Assembly (NCBI GenBank): GCA_965223325.1
Contig: CBDCWI010000002.1
Location: forward strand, 992,001-1,056,000
Source: Candidatus Multivoradales bacterium
GTDB taxonomy: Bacteria > Acidobacteriota > Thermoanaerobaculia > Multivoradales > Multivoraceae
Direction of reading: 5' to 3'
Length of the DNA stretch: 64,000 bases
In this document: positions 36,162-44,450 of the stretch, one piece after another
Position numbering within the stretch: position 1 is the first letter of the stretch
Layout of the letters: the number at the start of each line of letters is the position of its first letter
Translations under genes and position numbers: made by a program
Notes under the pieces: generated by a model
The model's input: only the letters and a program-made list of their open reading frames with translations
Database searches by the model: none
What the model was told of the DNA's origin: nothing

Positions 36162-37472
36162 GTGGTCCGCGGAACACTTCGCCAGCTCGCCTTACCTGCG
36201 GCTCTGGTCTTCGCCGTCGCCTACACGCTCGGACCCGATTTCCTGACCAGCCTGGCGGCGCTCCTCCACCCCAGCGGACCGCGGGGCCCGCTCCTGGTGC
36301 TGGCGCTCACCGCGATTCTCGCGAGCGTCGTCGGTCTCACCGAGCAGCGCGCGAGATCCGCCATCGCCGGCTGGGCGAGCTCGCTGCCTGCCGCGGGGAG
36401 CGACCGGCGGCTCGCCACCGTCCTGGCCTGTGCTCTGCCGGCTCTTGTGCCAGCTGCTGCCGTCTGGCTTCTTGGCCTGCACCCGGAGGTCCGCGGCGGC
36501 ATCTCGGCCATCGCGGTCACCGGCAGCCGGGTGCTCGATGCCGCTGGTTTCCTGGTGGCCGGGTCAGCGGTCGCAGCAATGTGCTCACGGCTGCGGATTG
36601 GTTGGCGCCTTCTGGCGGGCCTCTCGGCGGCGGCGGCGCTGGTCAAGCTTCCGTTGATGCTCTCACTAGCGGTTCTCGGAACCGGCCTTGTGCTCACTAC
36701 GGGACTGGCGAAATCCCCGACCGCCCCAAGCAGCGGGCTCCGGTTGCCCAGACCGCGCGGGGCCAAGCAGTTTCTCCTACCGCAAATGCTTCTTCGCACC
36801 CTCGGCTGGGGTGCGCTCCCAGCGGTCGCTGTCGCCGTTCTTCCGGGAATCGCGGCAAGGGTCTTCACCGCCCACAACGATCTTCCGCTCGGCCTCGAAC
36901 GTGGAGCGCTGCGCCTCGGCGCGGCCGTCGGCGCAACGTTGGCTTTGAGTGCTCTCAGCGAGCGCCTACGCGAGCGCGGGCTGCCGCCCCTGTGGATGCG
37001 CAGCTTGCCGCAGAGCTCGCGAGCGCGAGGCGTCACCGTCGCCACGACGCTCGCGGTGCCCGCCGCAACGGTCGCCTTCGTGCCTCTCCAACCCCTCATC
37101 AAACATGGGCTGGGCCAGACGTTGCTCGCAGGCGCGTGGCTCACGGTGCTCCTCGCCTTTCTCGCCCTCCGTTTCACCGCAGCAATCTTCCGCCAGGACG
37201 CCGGCGACCGGGGCCCTTCCAGCTCCTCACCTCGGCCGCGGTTCGGCAGTCGCGATGACCGCCAGACCGAAGGCGGAAGGACCGGCCTGCGACTGGCAGG
37301 AGCGGTTGTGACTTCAGAAGGCCTCCTCGTCGCTGCCTGGATCACCATCTTGCCGTGGGCCGTACTTCTCCTGGCAGCCGCCGTTCCGTGGGCTGCATCT
37401 CGGGTCAGGCACGCCGTTCAGCAGCGGAGAACCAGTCACTTCCACACGGCCTCTCTCATGCGAGTTGCCTGA
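36162..37472 (+). CDS. Polytopic membrane protein, probable ABC permease partner
   Basis: Highly hydrophobic Ala/Leu-rich ORF whose TGA overlaps the ATG of the ABC ATPase. Start uncertain. Confidence 0.6.
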   Translation: MVRGTLRQLALPAALVFAVAYTLGPDFLTSLAALLHPSGPRGPLLVLALTAILASVVGLTEQRARSAIAGWASSLPAAGSDRRLATVLACALPALVPAAAVWLLGLHPEVRGGISAIAVTGSRVLDAAGFLVAGSAVAAMCSRLRIGWRLLAGLSAAAALVKLPLMLSLAVLGTGLVLTTGLAKSPTAPSSGLRLPRPRGAKQFLLPQMLLRTLGWGALPAVAVAVLPGIAARVFTAHNDLPLGLERGALRLGAAVGATLALSALSERLRERGLPPLWMRSLPQSSRARGVTVATTLAVPAATVAFVPLQPLIKHGLGQTLLAGAWLTVLLAFLALRFTAAIFRQDAGDRGPSSSSPRPRFGSRDDRQTEGGRTGLRLAGAVVTSEGLLVAAWITILPWAVLLLAAAVPWAASRVRHAVQQRRTSHFHTASLMRVA

Positions 37473-38179
37473 TGATCGAGTGTCTCGACTTGACCTGGCA
37501 GTGGCCGCGGCAGGCGCCGGTGCTCGAGAACACCAGCTGGCGCCTGCCCCCAGGCCTGACACTGCTCGTGGGGCCCAACGGCTGCGGCAAGAGCACCCTC
37601 GTGCAGCTCCTGGCCGGGGTCCTCAAGCCGCCGGCGCCCGGGCGCGTGCTGGTCGACGGCCTCGATCTGTGGGTCGACGAGCGTGCCGCCCGGCAGCGAC
37701 TCGCCTACCTCCCGGAGCGGCCCGACATGACGCGCTGGGCGACGGTCCGCGAGGTTCTCCGGCTGGTGGCGACCTTGCGGGGAATCGCTCCCACCGACAA
37801 CCAGCGCGCCATCGAGGACGTGCTCGAGCGCGTCCAGATCGAAGGGGCGGCAGACCGCTCCACCAGCGAGCTCTCGCTCGGCCAGGGACGGCGGGCCTTG
37901 CTCGCCGCGGTCATGCTGGGCGAGGCGAGCAACCTGCTCCTCGACGAACCCCTCGACTCTCTTGACCGACCCACACGCGACAACGTGCTGCGGTGGATCG
38001 ATGGCCGCGTGGTGAGCGGCGCGGCGGTTCTGGTCACCTCGCACACCATCGAGCCATTCCTGAGCCGCGCTGATCGACTGCTGACCGTACGGGGCGGCCA
38101 GATCCTGGCGTTCGAAGGTGATGATCTCGAGGTCGAGCCGGCGGCGGAAGCACTGGCCCGCGGTCAGCTCCCGGCCTAG
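37472..38179 (+). CDS. ABC transporter ATP-binding protein
   Basis: Walker A GPNGCGKS, signature LSLGQ, Walker B LLLDEP, H-loop 'TSH'. Confidence 0.92.
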   Translation: MIECLDLTWQWPRQAPVLENTSWRLPPGLTLLVGPNGCGKSTLVQLLAGVLKPPAPGRVLVDGLDLWVDERAARQRLAYLPERPDMTRWATVREVLRLVATLRGIAPTDNQRAIEDVLERVQIEGAADRSTSELSLGQGRRALLAAVMLGEASNLLLDEPLDSLDRPTRDNVLRWIDGRVVSGAAVLVTSHTIEPFLSRADRLLTVRGGQILAFEGDDLEVEPAAEALARGQLPA

Positions 38180-38199
38180 CGAGACGCCCGGCCACCGAT

Positions 38200-38904
38200 C
38201 TATTCCGCCTCGATGCTCGAGTGCAACTCGAGAGAACGCTCGTTGCCGTCGTCGCCCACGACAGAAATGCGGGCGGTGAGCCGGGGCACTCTGGCTCGTT
38301 CGAGAGCCACCGAAGCGGGGAGCGCATCGCCAAAGAGCGACCAAAGCGCTTCGTGCTCCGGATGAGAAAGCACCAGGACCTCGAGCTTCGGCCCGATGGG
38401 AAGCGTGGTCGCCGGCAGTGGCGTTTCGCCCCAATCGATCAGAAACGGCACCACTCCCCCACGGTCGCCTGAGTCCTCACCCTCGAACGGCGGAGGGACC
38501 GCCAGCCGCCACGACAGCTCCACGCCGTCGGGTCGCATGCGCGACATGACGCGAATCTCACCGGGCTCCCGACCGTGTGAGCGCAAGCCGGCACAGGCCT
38601 CTTCGAGATTGGGTGGCCGGCCGGCCCAGGTCACCAGCCGCGGCTCGACAAGATCGTCGAGCCCAAAGGGGCGCGGATGCAGCGGGGCAGGTTGGGTGGG
38701 ATCGGCAGCGATGATCTCGAGGTAGCGGTCTCCACCCAACGAGAGCAGCGCGTTGTGGGTGCCGATGCCGGGATGCCGGCCGCCCGGCGAAGGGCGAACT
38801 CCCAGGCGCTCCTCGAATGAGTCGGCCGCGGTTTCGAGGTCGAAGACTGCGTACACCAGATGGTCGAGCTTGAGTCCGGCAAGGGGTGCTACGGCGGGGG
38901 TCAC
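38200..38904 (-). CDS. VOC/glyoxalase-like family protein
   Basis: 'LDHLVYAV..L', 'GGRHPGIGTHNALL.LG..YLEII', 'PFLIDWG'. GTG38904 follows an AGAGGAG RBS. Confidence 0.88.
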   Translation of the reverse strand: MTPAVAPLAGLKLDHLVYAVFDLETAADSFEERLGVRPSPGGRHPGIGTHNALLSLGGDRYLEIIAADPTQPAPLHPRPFGLDDLVEPRLVTWAGRPPNLEEACAGLRSHGREPGEIRVMSRMRPDGVELSWRLAVPPPFEGEDSGDRGGVVPFLIDWGETPLPATTLPIGPKLEVLVLSHPEHEALWSLFGDALPASVALERARVPRLTARISVVGDDGNERSLELHSSIEAE

Positions 38905-38936
38905 GACGTTCTCCTCTGGACGTAGACTACACATTC

Positions 38937-39512
38937 ATGACCGACGCCAGCTCCTCTTGCAAGATCGCCTTCATCGGCTCCCATGGCGTCGGGAAGACGA
39001 CCCTCACCTACGGTCTCGCTGCCCGCCTCAAGGCGCGCGACGTGTCTCTGGAGGTGGTCGTGGAGGTCGCCCGGCGATGTCCCCTGCCACTCAACGAGGC
39101 CACCACCCTCGAGGCGCAGGCGTGGATTCTCCACACCCAGATTGCCGACGAGCTGGCTGCCGCGGTGCGCTACCCAGTGGTGCTCTGCGACCGCAGCGTG
39201 CTCGACAACTACGTCTACCGCTTGCTCGCCTACGGGCCCGACCCAGCCCTAGAACCGCTCGTCGACCAGGCCACCGCGAGCTACGATCTGCTGATTCATG
39301 TGCCCCCTAGCGAGGACCCCCCCGCCCCCGATGGCACCCGCTCTACCGACATCGCCTTCCGAGACGCCGTCAATGATCGTCTGATCTCGGAACTCGCCCG
39401 CCGTGAGGTCACGGCCCTACAACTCGACCCGCAGGATCGCACGCACTGGCTCGACGCCGCAGAGGCCGCTGCCTTGACGGTGATCGCCTCGCCCCAGCTT
39501 CGGTTGCTCTGA
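38937..39512 (+). CDS. P-loop NTPase, AAA_28/NadR-like kinase family
   Basis: 'KIAFIGSHGVGKTT', 'EVAR', 'CDRSVLDNYVY', 'DGTRS'. Confidence 0.8.
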   Translation: MTDASSSCKIAFIGSHGVGKTTLTYGLAARLKARDVSLEVVVEVARRCPLPLNEATTLEAQAWILHTQIADELAAAVRYPVVLCDRSVLDNYVYRLLAYGPDPALEPLVDQATASYDLLIHVPPSEDPPAPDGTRSTDIAFRDAVNDRLISELARREVTALQLDPQDRTHWLDAAEAAALTVIASPQLRLL

Positions 39513-39647
39513 GCCACCCAGGCCGACGCCTCTCGTATTGACCGAAACCGTACGTTCGGTATTCCGCCACTGCCGGCGCCTTCAAGTCCTCCCATACTGG
39601 TGGCAGGAATCCAAGACCAAGAGCTCACCACCGCAACGGGAGGCGAC

Positions 39648-40097
39648 ATGCGCACCAGGATCGAAACCACAAGACATCTTCCGGCACTCGGCGCCTTGGC
39701 GGCGGCCGGTCTTCTCATGGTTGCCGCCTTCTGCGCTCCGCCGGTGGCCGCCGAGGAGGAGTTCTCACAGAGCAAAGCGTCCGTGGGAGCAGCGATCTTC
39801 CGTAGCTACTGCGCGAGCTGTCACGGTCGAAAGGCCGTGGGCGACGGCGAGATCGCCAGCATGCTCACCGTCAAGCCGGCCAACTTGACCGAGGTTGCCA
39901 AGCGCAACGACGGCGTCTTCGACATCGAAGCGGTCAAGAAAATCATCGACGGCCGTACGGGAGTCAAGGCGCACGGCTCTCAGATGCCCATCTGGGGCGA
40001 CGCCTTTGTCATTGCCGACGGCGGCAATACGAGTGAGCAGGTCGAATCACGGATTGACAAACTTGCCCACTTCATCTGGTCAGTGCAGAAGAAGTAG
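39648..40097 (+). CDS. Exported monoheme c-type cytochrome
   Basis: Signal peptide, 'CASCHG..GDG', 'IIDGR..AHGS.MPIWG'. GGAGG RBS. Confidence 0.9.
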   Translation: MRTRIETTRHLPALGALAAAGLLMVAAFCAPPVAAEEEFSQSKASVGAAIFRSYCASCHGRKAVGDGEIASMLTVKPANLTEVAKRNDGVFDIEAVKKIIDGRTGVKAHGSQMPIWGDAFVIADGGNTSEQVESRIDKLAHFIWSVQKK

Positions 40098-40120
40098 GCC
40101 CTCTGCCGACTCTGTCTTCG

Positions 40121-41713
40121 TCACGAGGCCCTGAGGTGCTCATCGCCGGCGCGCTCCTTGCGACGGCGGCGCTGGCGTCGCTTGCGCACCAACACCCGCA
40201 CGCCGAGCACGACGCTGGTGAGCGAAACAAACAGTCCACCGAGCATGAAGAACCCGACGACCAGATCCCAGAGCGGTCGGCGGTTCCAGAACCCTCCGAT
40301 GTCCCAGGAGTGCAGGCCGTTGTAGAGGTAGCGCTCCAACCGGCTCAGGGCCTCCATTCGACGCACAATGGCACCAGCGTGAGGGTCGATATAGAGCGTC
40401 GTGCGCTGCCGGTCGTTGTAGCTCGCTCGATAGACGGGTAAGCGACGGGTGTTGCGAAACGACTTCTTGGAGTAGTAGTAGTCGTCGTACTCGTCGAGGC
40501 GCTGCCATTCAACCATCTGAGCGCCCGGAACAAGACCTGCCGCGGTGTGCTCGAGAACACTCTCGGGGATCTCCGCCCGCGGCACGGTGTCGTTGGCGAG
40601 AGCCCCTGTCGCTCTTAGTGCGAGACTCTTCTTCGGAGTCTCGAACGCGACCCACCAGGGACTTCCGCCGACCACCCGCGCTTCGAGTCGCTTGACCTCG
40701 AGGTGAGGCGCGAAGGCGCCGAGCGCCTCGACCGGGCTGACGGCAAACGACTGCCAGCCCGATGCGCCGCTTCCGCTCCACCTTGCGACCTGCTCGCCGC
40801 TTGGCGAGGTCGAAGGCGCCCAGCCAAACGGCGCCATGCTCATCAGGCCGCTGAAGATCCAGACGAGAGTCGCAGCCCCAAAACCAAGGCCAAACAGGTG
40901 GTGCCAGCGCATCCAGCGCGCCGTGTACGGACTCAAGCCATGCTTGGCATTCGGGCGACGCAGGTTCCAGATCCCGAGGACCAGGCCGCAGAGAACCGCC
41001 AGGGTCCCCAATCCGGACACTACGATGACCAGGTTGCTCCACAGCCTTCCGTGCTGCCTGATGAACGTCGGGTAGATCCAGTGCGTCACCGGACCGAGAT
41101 AGCCGAGGACGCGCTCTCGCCTGGTGGTGGTTTGAACGACCTGCCCGGTGGCGGATGAGACATAGATCTCGGTGCCACGACTGCCTTCGACCGTGAAGCG
41201 ATGAAGTGGTCGATGTCTCGCGAACAGGCCGGAGTAGAGGGTCCACTGGTCGAGCTCGAGGGTTTCTTCGAAACGCAGCGACCCGTCGCTACCATTGGCG
41301 GCTCGGTCTCGCCACAGCGCTGCCGAACGCTTTCCGGCGGCAGCATCGAAGGGCCCAAGGAGGTCGCCGGAGGAGGCGTCGACGGTGATCACCCTGCCGC
41401 TCGCTGGCTCGAGGTGCCAAACGGGAGCCCCGCCCAGCATGTCGAGGTAGAGCTTCCCCACAGTCCCTATCGGACCCGCAGAGTCCGAAGACGCGCGCTC
41501 GACCACCGCGGCTGGTCGCAGGAGCTCGCCAGAGACCGGCGCCAGCGGCTCGACGCCATCGAGCCATGCATCACTGCGCAGGAGGTACGGCATCTCGACG
41601 TACATCATCACCAGTCCCGACGCGAACCAGAGCAGAAACAGCACGCAGCCGGCGACCCCGAGCGTACGGTGGGTGACCAGCAGCCACGACTTGACCTTCT
41701 GCCTGCTCCACAT
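40121..41713 (-). CDS. PepSY-associated TM domain protein
   Basis: 'HRTLG..LWFASGLVMMYV', 'DQWT', 'YVSSATGQVVQ.T', 'HWIY', 'WHH', 'YNGLHSWD'. Confidence 0.88.
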   Translation of the reverse strand: MWSRQKVKSWLLVTHRTLGVAGCVLFLLWFASGLVMMYVEMPYLLRSDAWLDGVEPLAPVSGELLRPAAVVERASSDSAGPIGTVGKLYLDMLGGAPVWHLEPASGRVITVDASSGDLLGPFDAAAGKRSAALWRDRAANGSDGSLRFEETLELDQWTLYSGLFARHRPLHRFTVEGSRGTEIYVSSATGQVVQTTTRRERVLGYLGPVTHWIYPTFIRQHGRLWSNLVIVVSGLGTLAVLCGLVLGIWNLRRPNAKHGLSPYTARWMRWHHLFGLGFGAATLVWIFSGLMSMAPFGWAPSTSPSGEQVARWSGSGASGWQSFAVSPVEALGAFAPHLEVKRLEARVVGGSPWWVAFETPKKSLALRATGALANDTVPRAEIPESVLEHTAAGLVPGAQMVEWQRLDEYDDYYYSKKSFRNTRRLPVYRASYNDRQRTTLYIDPHAGAIVRRMEALSRLERYLYNGLHSWDIGGFWNRRPLWDLVVGFFMLGGLFVSLTSVVLGVRVLVRKRRQRRRRKERAGDEHLRAS

Positions 41714-41744
41714 GAGCTAAGTCAGGGCACCCCGCCAACCCGGG

Positions 41745-43874
41745 TCAAAAGGAGAGGCCGTAGGTGACGTAGCCGGTCAGCGGGACACCCAGGGTGCCGG
41801 CACCGTAGGAAGAACCGTCGCTATCTCGACGCACGCGCACGACGCGGGTGTCGTACTCGGTGTCGAAGAGATTCTCAATGCGCACACCGATGCGGTGGCG
41901 GCCATCGCGTCCCAGGCGAAGCTGACCGGCAAGGTCGGCGACGGCGTAACCGCCGTGCTCTACGCGGCCAACACCCCCGCCCACGGCGTCGTAGATCTCA
42001 CCGACATGATGGATCGTCGCCGATAATCGAAACGGCAGCGCGTCGGGTCGCCAGTCGAGTCCCAGGCGAGCGGTCGAGAGTGGAATGTCGGGGATTTGTT
42101 CCGAGGTACCGCGGGCTTCGGCCTCGACTCGGGTGTAGCCAAAGGTGCCGGAGATGTCAGGGCGGAGGTCGAAGCCTCCGCTCACTTCCCAACCGAACAT
42201 CTCGACCTCGTCGGCGGTGTTGACAATCAGGCCATCCGGAAACGCCGGCAACGAGTAGTCGATCGAGATCAGGTCGTCGATCTGGCGATCAAAAACAGTC
42301 GCCTCCCAGTAGAAGCGCTGCGCACGGCCGCCGAGGCCCATCTCGGCGTTCCAGCTCTCCTCGCCCACCAGGTTCGGGTTGCCCTTCTCGCAACACGGGT
42401 CGATGACGTAGAGCTCATAGGCCGACGGCAGACGAAAGGACGTACCAACCTGTCCGCGACCGTAGAGGCTTTCGTTGAAGTCGACGGCACCCGAGACGTT
42501 CCACACCGTCTTCGCCTCGCCATCGGACGGTTCGTTGTGGCGGCCCCCGACTGCCAGGCGCGCACCCTGGAAGCTGTCGAAGTCGAAGCGTATCTGCGTA
42601 AACACCGCATCGACGCTCTCCGTTTGCTGGCCAATGATGAAGACGTCGTCGCGACCTTCGTAGCTCTGATGGTCGTAGCCAAACAACCAGGTGACCTCGT
42701 CTTGCAGGTCGAGTTCAGCGAGAATATTGAGACCGTAGTCGGTGAACTGCCAGATGTCAGCATCTGAGCGCACGATGAGGTTGCCCGGGTTCGCGAGGTC
42801 GTTGTCGACACGGGTGAAGGTCGAGTCCCAGTCGTGCCAGTACGCCTTGGCGAAGAGATCGAAAGCCTGCGTGGGGCTCCAGTCGAGCTTGGCGAGGATG
42901 ACCTCTTCATCGCGCTCGTTGAAGGAGCGTGCCCGATCTTCCGCCGCCGCGAAATCGAGTTCGCCATCGGTGTGCTGAGCCTGGCCCGAGAACAGGAGAT
43001 CCTCGGTGAGCGCCACCCGATAGCGCGCGCCGAAAGTCGTCACGTCGTAGCCACGTTCGCGGTCGGTGGCACTGGGCTGATAGTCATGGTCTCGGAAGGG
43101 TTGGAACCCGTCAGCCCGATCGTTCGAAGCATGCACGACGAAACGATGAATGCCCTTGCCGCCCCGCCAGGAGCCGGCCAGGTGGGTCCCGTCGTTACTG
43201 TCGAGACCCGCCGAGAGTTGACCTTCCGGCTTCGCCCTGTGACTGAGGGTGACGACATTGACCACTCCACCAACCGACTGGGTGCCATAGAACAGGCTCT
43301 GACCGCCCTTGAGCACTTCGACGCGTTCGATGACATTCGCCGGCAGCGTGTCGAGCGGCGACGTCGTATCGTAGAGCCGGTTCGAGATCCGCACGCCATC
43401 GACCAACCAGAGAATGTCTTTGCCGCGTGATCCCTGAAGTGAGGCGTTGACGTAGTCGAAAGGCCCGTTCTTCGGTGAAACGTAGAGACCGGGCACCTGG
43501 GTGGTGAGCACCTGGCTGACGTCGATGTAGCCGCCGGTCTCGACGGTTTCATGGCTCACCTGTTCGACGCGCGCACCGTACTCCTCGAGCTCGAGCGGCA
43601 GCGACTCCTCGAGGCGTTCGCCGACGACAACGATCACATCCTCGGCGACCGGCGACTCGTCGTCTTGTTCTTGCTCCTGGGCTTCCGCTGCTGCCGGATG
43701 GGTCGCGACAAACGCGTACAGCACCGCGATGGCGACCGGCCAAGCGGCGGAGGCAACGATTCGGGCAGTCACAGTTCGGGCAGTCACGTCACACAACGCA
43801 GAAACTCCGTTCCTCGAAAGAGCAAGGGGCCCTCGAGGCCGCCTACGAGAGGACTGCGAGCCCATCCAGGCCAA
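41745..43874 (-). CDS. TonB-dependent outer-membrane receptor
   Basis: TonB-box-like 'DVIVVVG', plug 'LVDGV', 'IERVEVLKG..LFYG..GGVVNVVT', 'ENLFD..Y', C-terminal Phe. Start uncertain. Confidence 0.93.
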   Translation of the reverse strand: MAWMGSQSSRRRPRGPLALSRNGVSALCDVTARTVTARIVASAAWPVAIAVLYAFVATHPAAAEAQEQEQDDESPVAEDVIVVVGERLEESLPLELEEYGARVEQVSHETVETGGYIDVSQVLTTQVPGLYVSPKNGPFDYVNASLQGSRGKDILWLVDGVRISNRLYDTTSPLDTLPANVIERVEVLKGGQSLFYGTQSVGGVVNVVTLSHRAKPEGQLSAGLDSNDGTHLAGSWRGGKGIHRFVVHASNDRADGFQPFRDHDYQPSATDRERGYDVTTFGARYRVALTEDLLFSGQAQHTDGELDFAAAEDRARSFNERDEEVILAKLDWSPTQAFDLFAKAYWHDWDSTFTRVDNDLANPGNLIVRSDADIWQFTDYGLNILAELDLQDEVTWLFGYDHQSYEGRDDVFIIGQQTESVDAVFTQIRFDFDSFQGARLAVGGRHNEPSDGEAKTVWNVSGAVDFNESLYGRGQVGTSFRLPSAYELYVIDPCCEKGNPNLVGEESWNAEMGLGGRAQRFYWEATVFDRQIDDLISIDYSLPAFPDGLIVNTADEVEMFGWEVSGGFDLRPDISGTFGYTRVEAEARGTSEQIPDIPLSTARLGLDWRPDALPFRLSATIHHVGEIYDAVGGGVGRVEHGGYAVADLAGQLRLGRDGRHRIGVRIENLFDTEYDTRVVRVRRDSDGSSYGAGTLGVPLTGYVTYGLSF

Positions 43875-44110
43875 GAGGAAAAGACCACGCTACCAGACGC
43901 AACCAACGCTTCGACGGTCGCCCGGGCTCACCGTTGTCACGGTTTTCCGTGGTGAGGGAAGAGCCCCAACGCAGGTCAACCCGGCCTTGGTGTCTTCTCA
44001 GCATTCTTGCTTCGCGTTCCCTGCGCGTCAGCCCGCATGTCGCCCGCGCGCCCCGTCATCCTGCTAGCCTCGTCTTCTTCCGCCAACCAAGAACTTCGCG
44101 AGGTAAACGA

Positions 44111-44389
44111 ATGGGAATCCTCTCCTGGATCGTGATCGGACTGATTGTCGGCGCACTGGCCAAACTCTTGATGCCAGGCGACGACGGTGGGGGTTTCATC
44201 ACCACCACCCTGCTCGGAATTGCCGGCGCGTTCCTGGGCGGGGCGATTGGAACGCAGCTGGGAGTTGGGGCCTTCGAGGGCTTCGATCCGATGAGCATGG
44301 CTCTCGCTGTCGGCGGCGCTTTTCTCCTCTTGCTGGCCAAGAACCTCATCTTCAAGCGCACCAAGAGCAGCGACAAGAAGAAGGCCTAG
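44111..44389 (+). CDS. GlsB/YeaQ/YmgE family stress-response membrane protein
   Basis: 'MGILSWIVIGLIVGALAKLLMPG..GG..T.LLGIAGAFLGG'. GAGG RBS. Confidence 0.92.
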   Translation: MGILSWIVIGLIVGALAKLLMPGDDGGGFITTTLLGIAGAFLGGAIGTQLGVGAFEGFDPMSMALAVGGAFLLLLAKNLIFKRTKSSDKKKA

Positions 44390-44450
44390 GCTCCCGTTCC
44401 CGGCGAAGGCCGGCGCATGGCTGTGCGTTCTGACCGGGACTTGACCCGAG

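Noticed and set aside
38937-39512. P-loop protein as part of an anti-phage system
   Set aside because: No nuclease, effector or other defence-like neighbour. The context is ordinary metabolic genes.
43760-43787. Duplicated TTCGGGCAGTCAC (VTARTVTAR) in the TonB receptor leader
   Set aside because: Two copies of a 13-mer in a variable N-terminal region, most likely trivial slippage.
43875-44110. Cobalamin riboswitch upstream of the TonB receptor
   Set aside because: I could not find the conserved B12-box/GCCACTG and GGGAA core elements in the right order on the minus strand.
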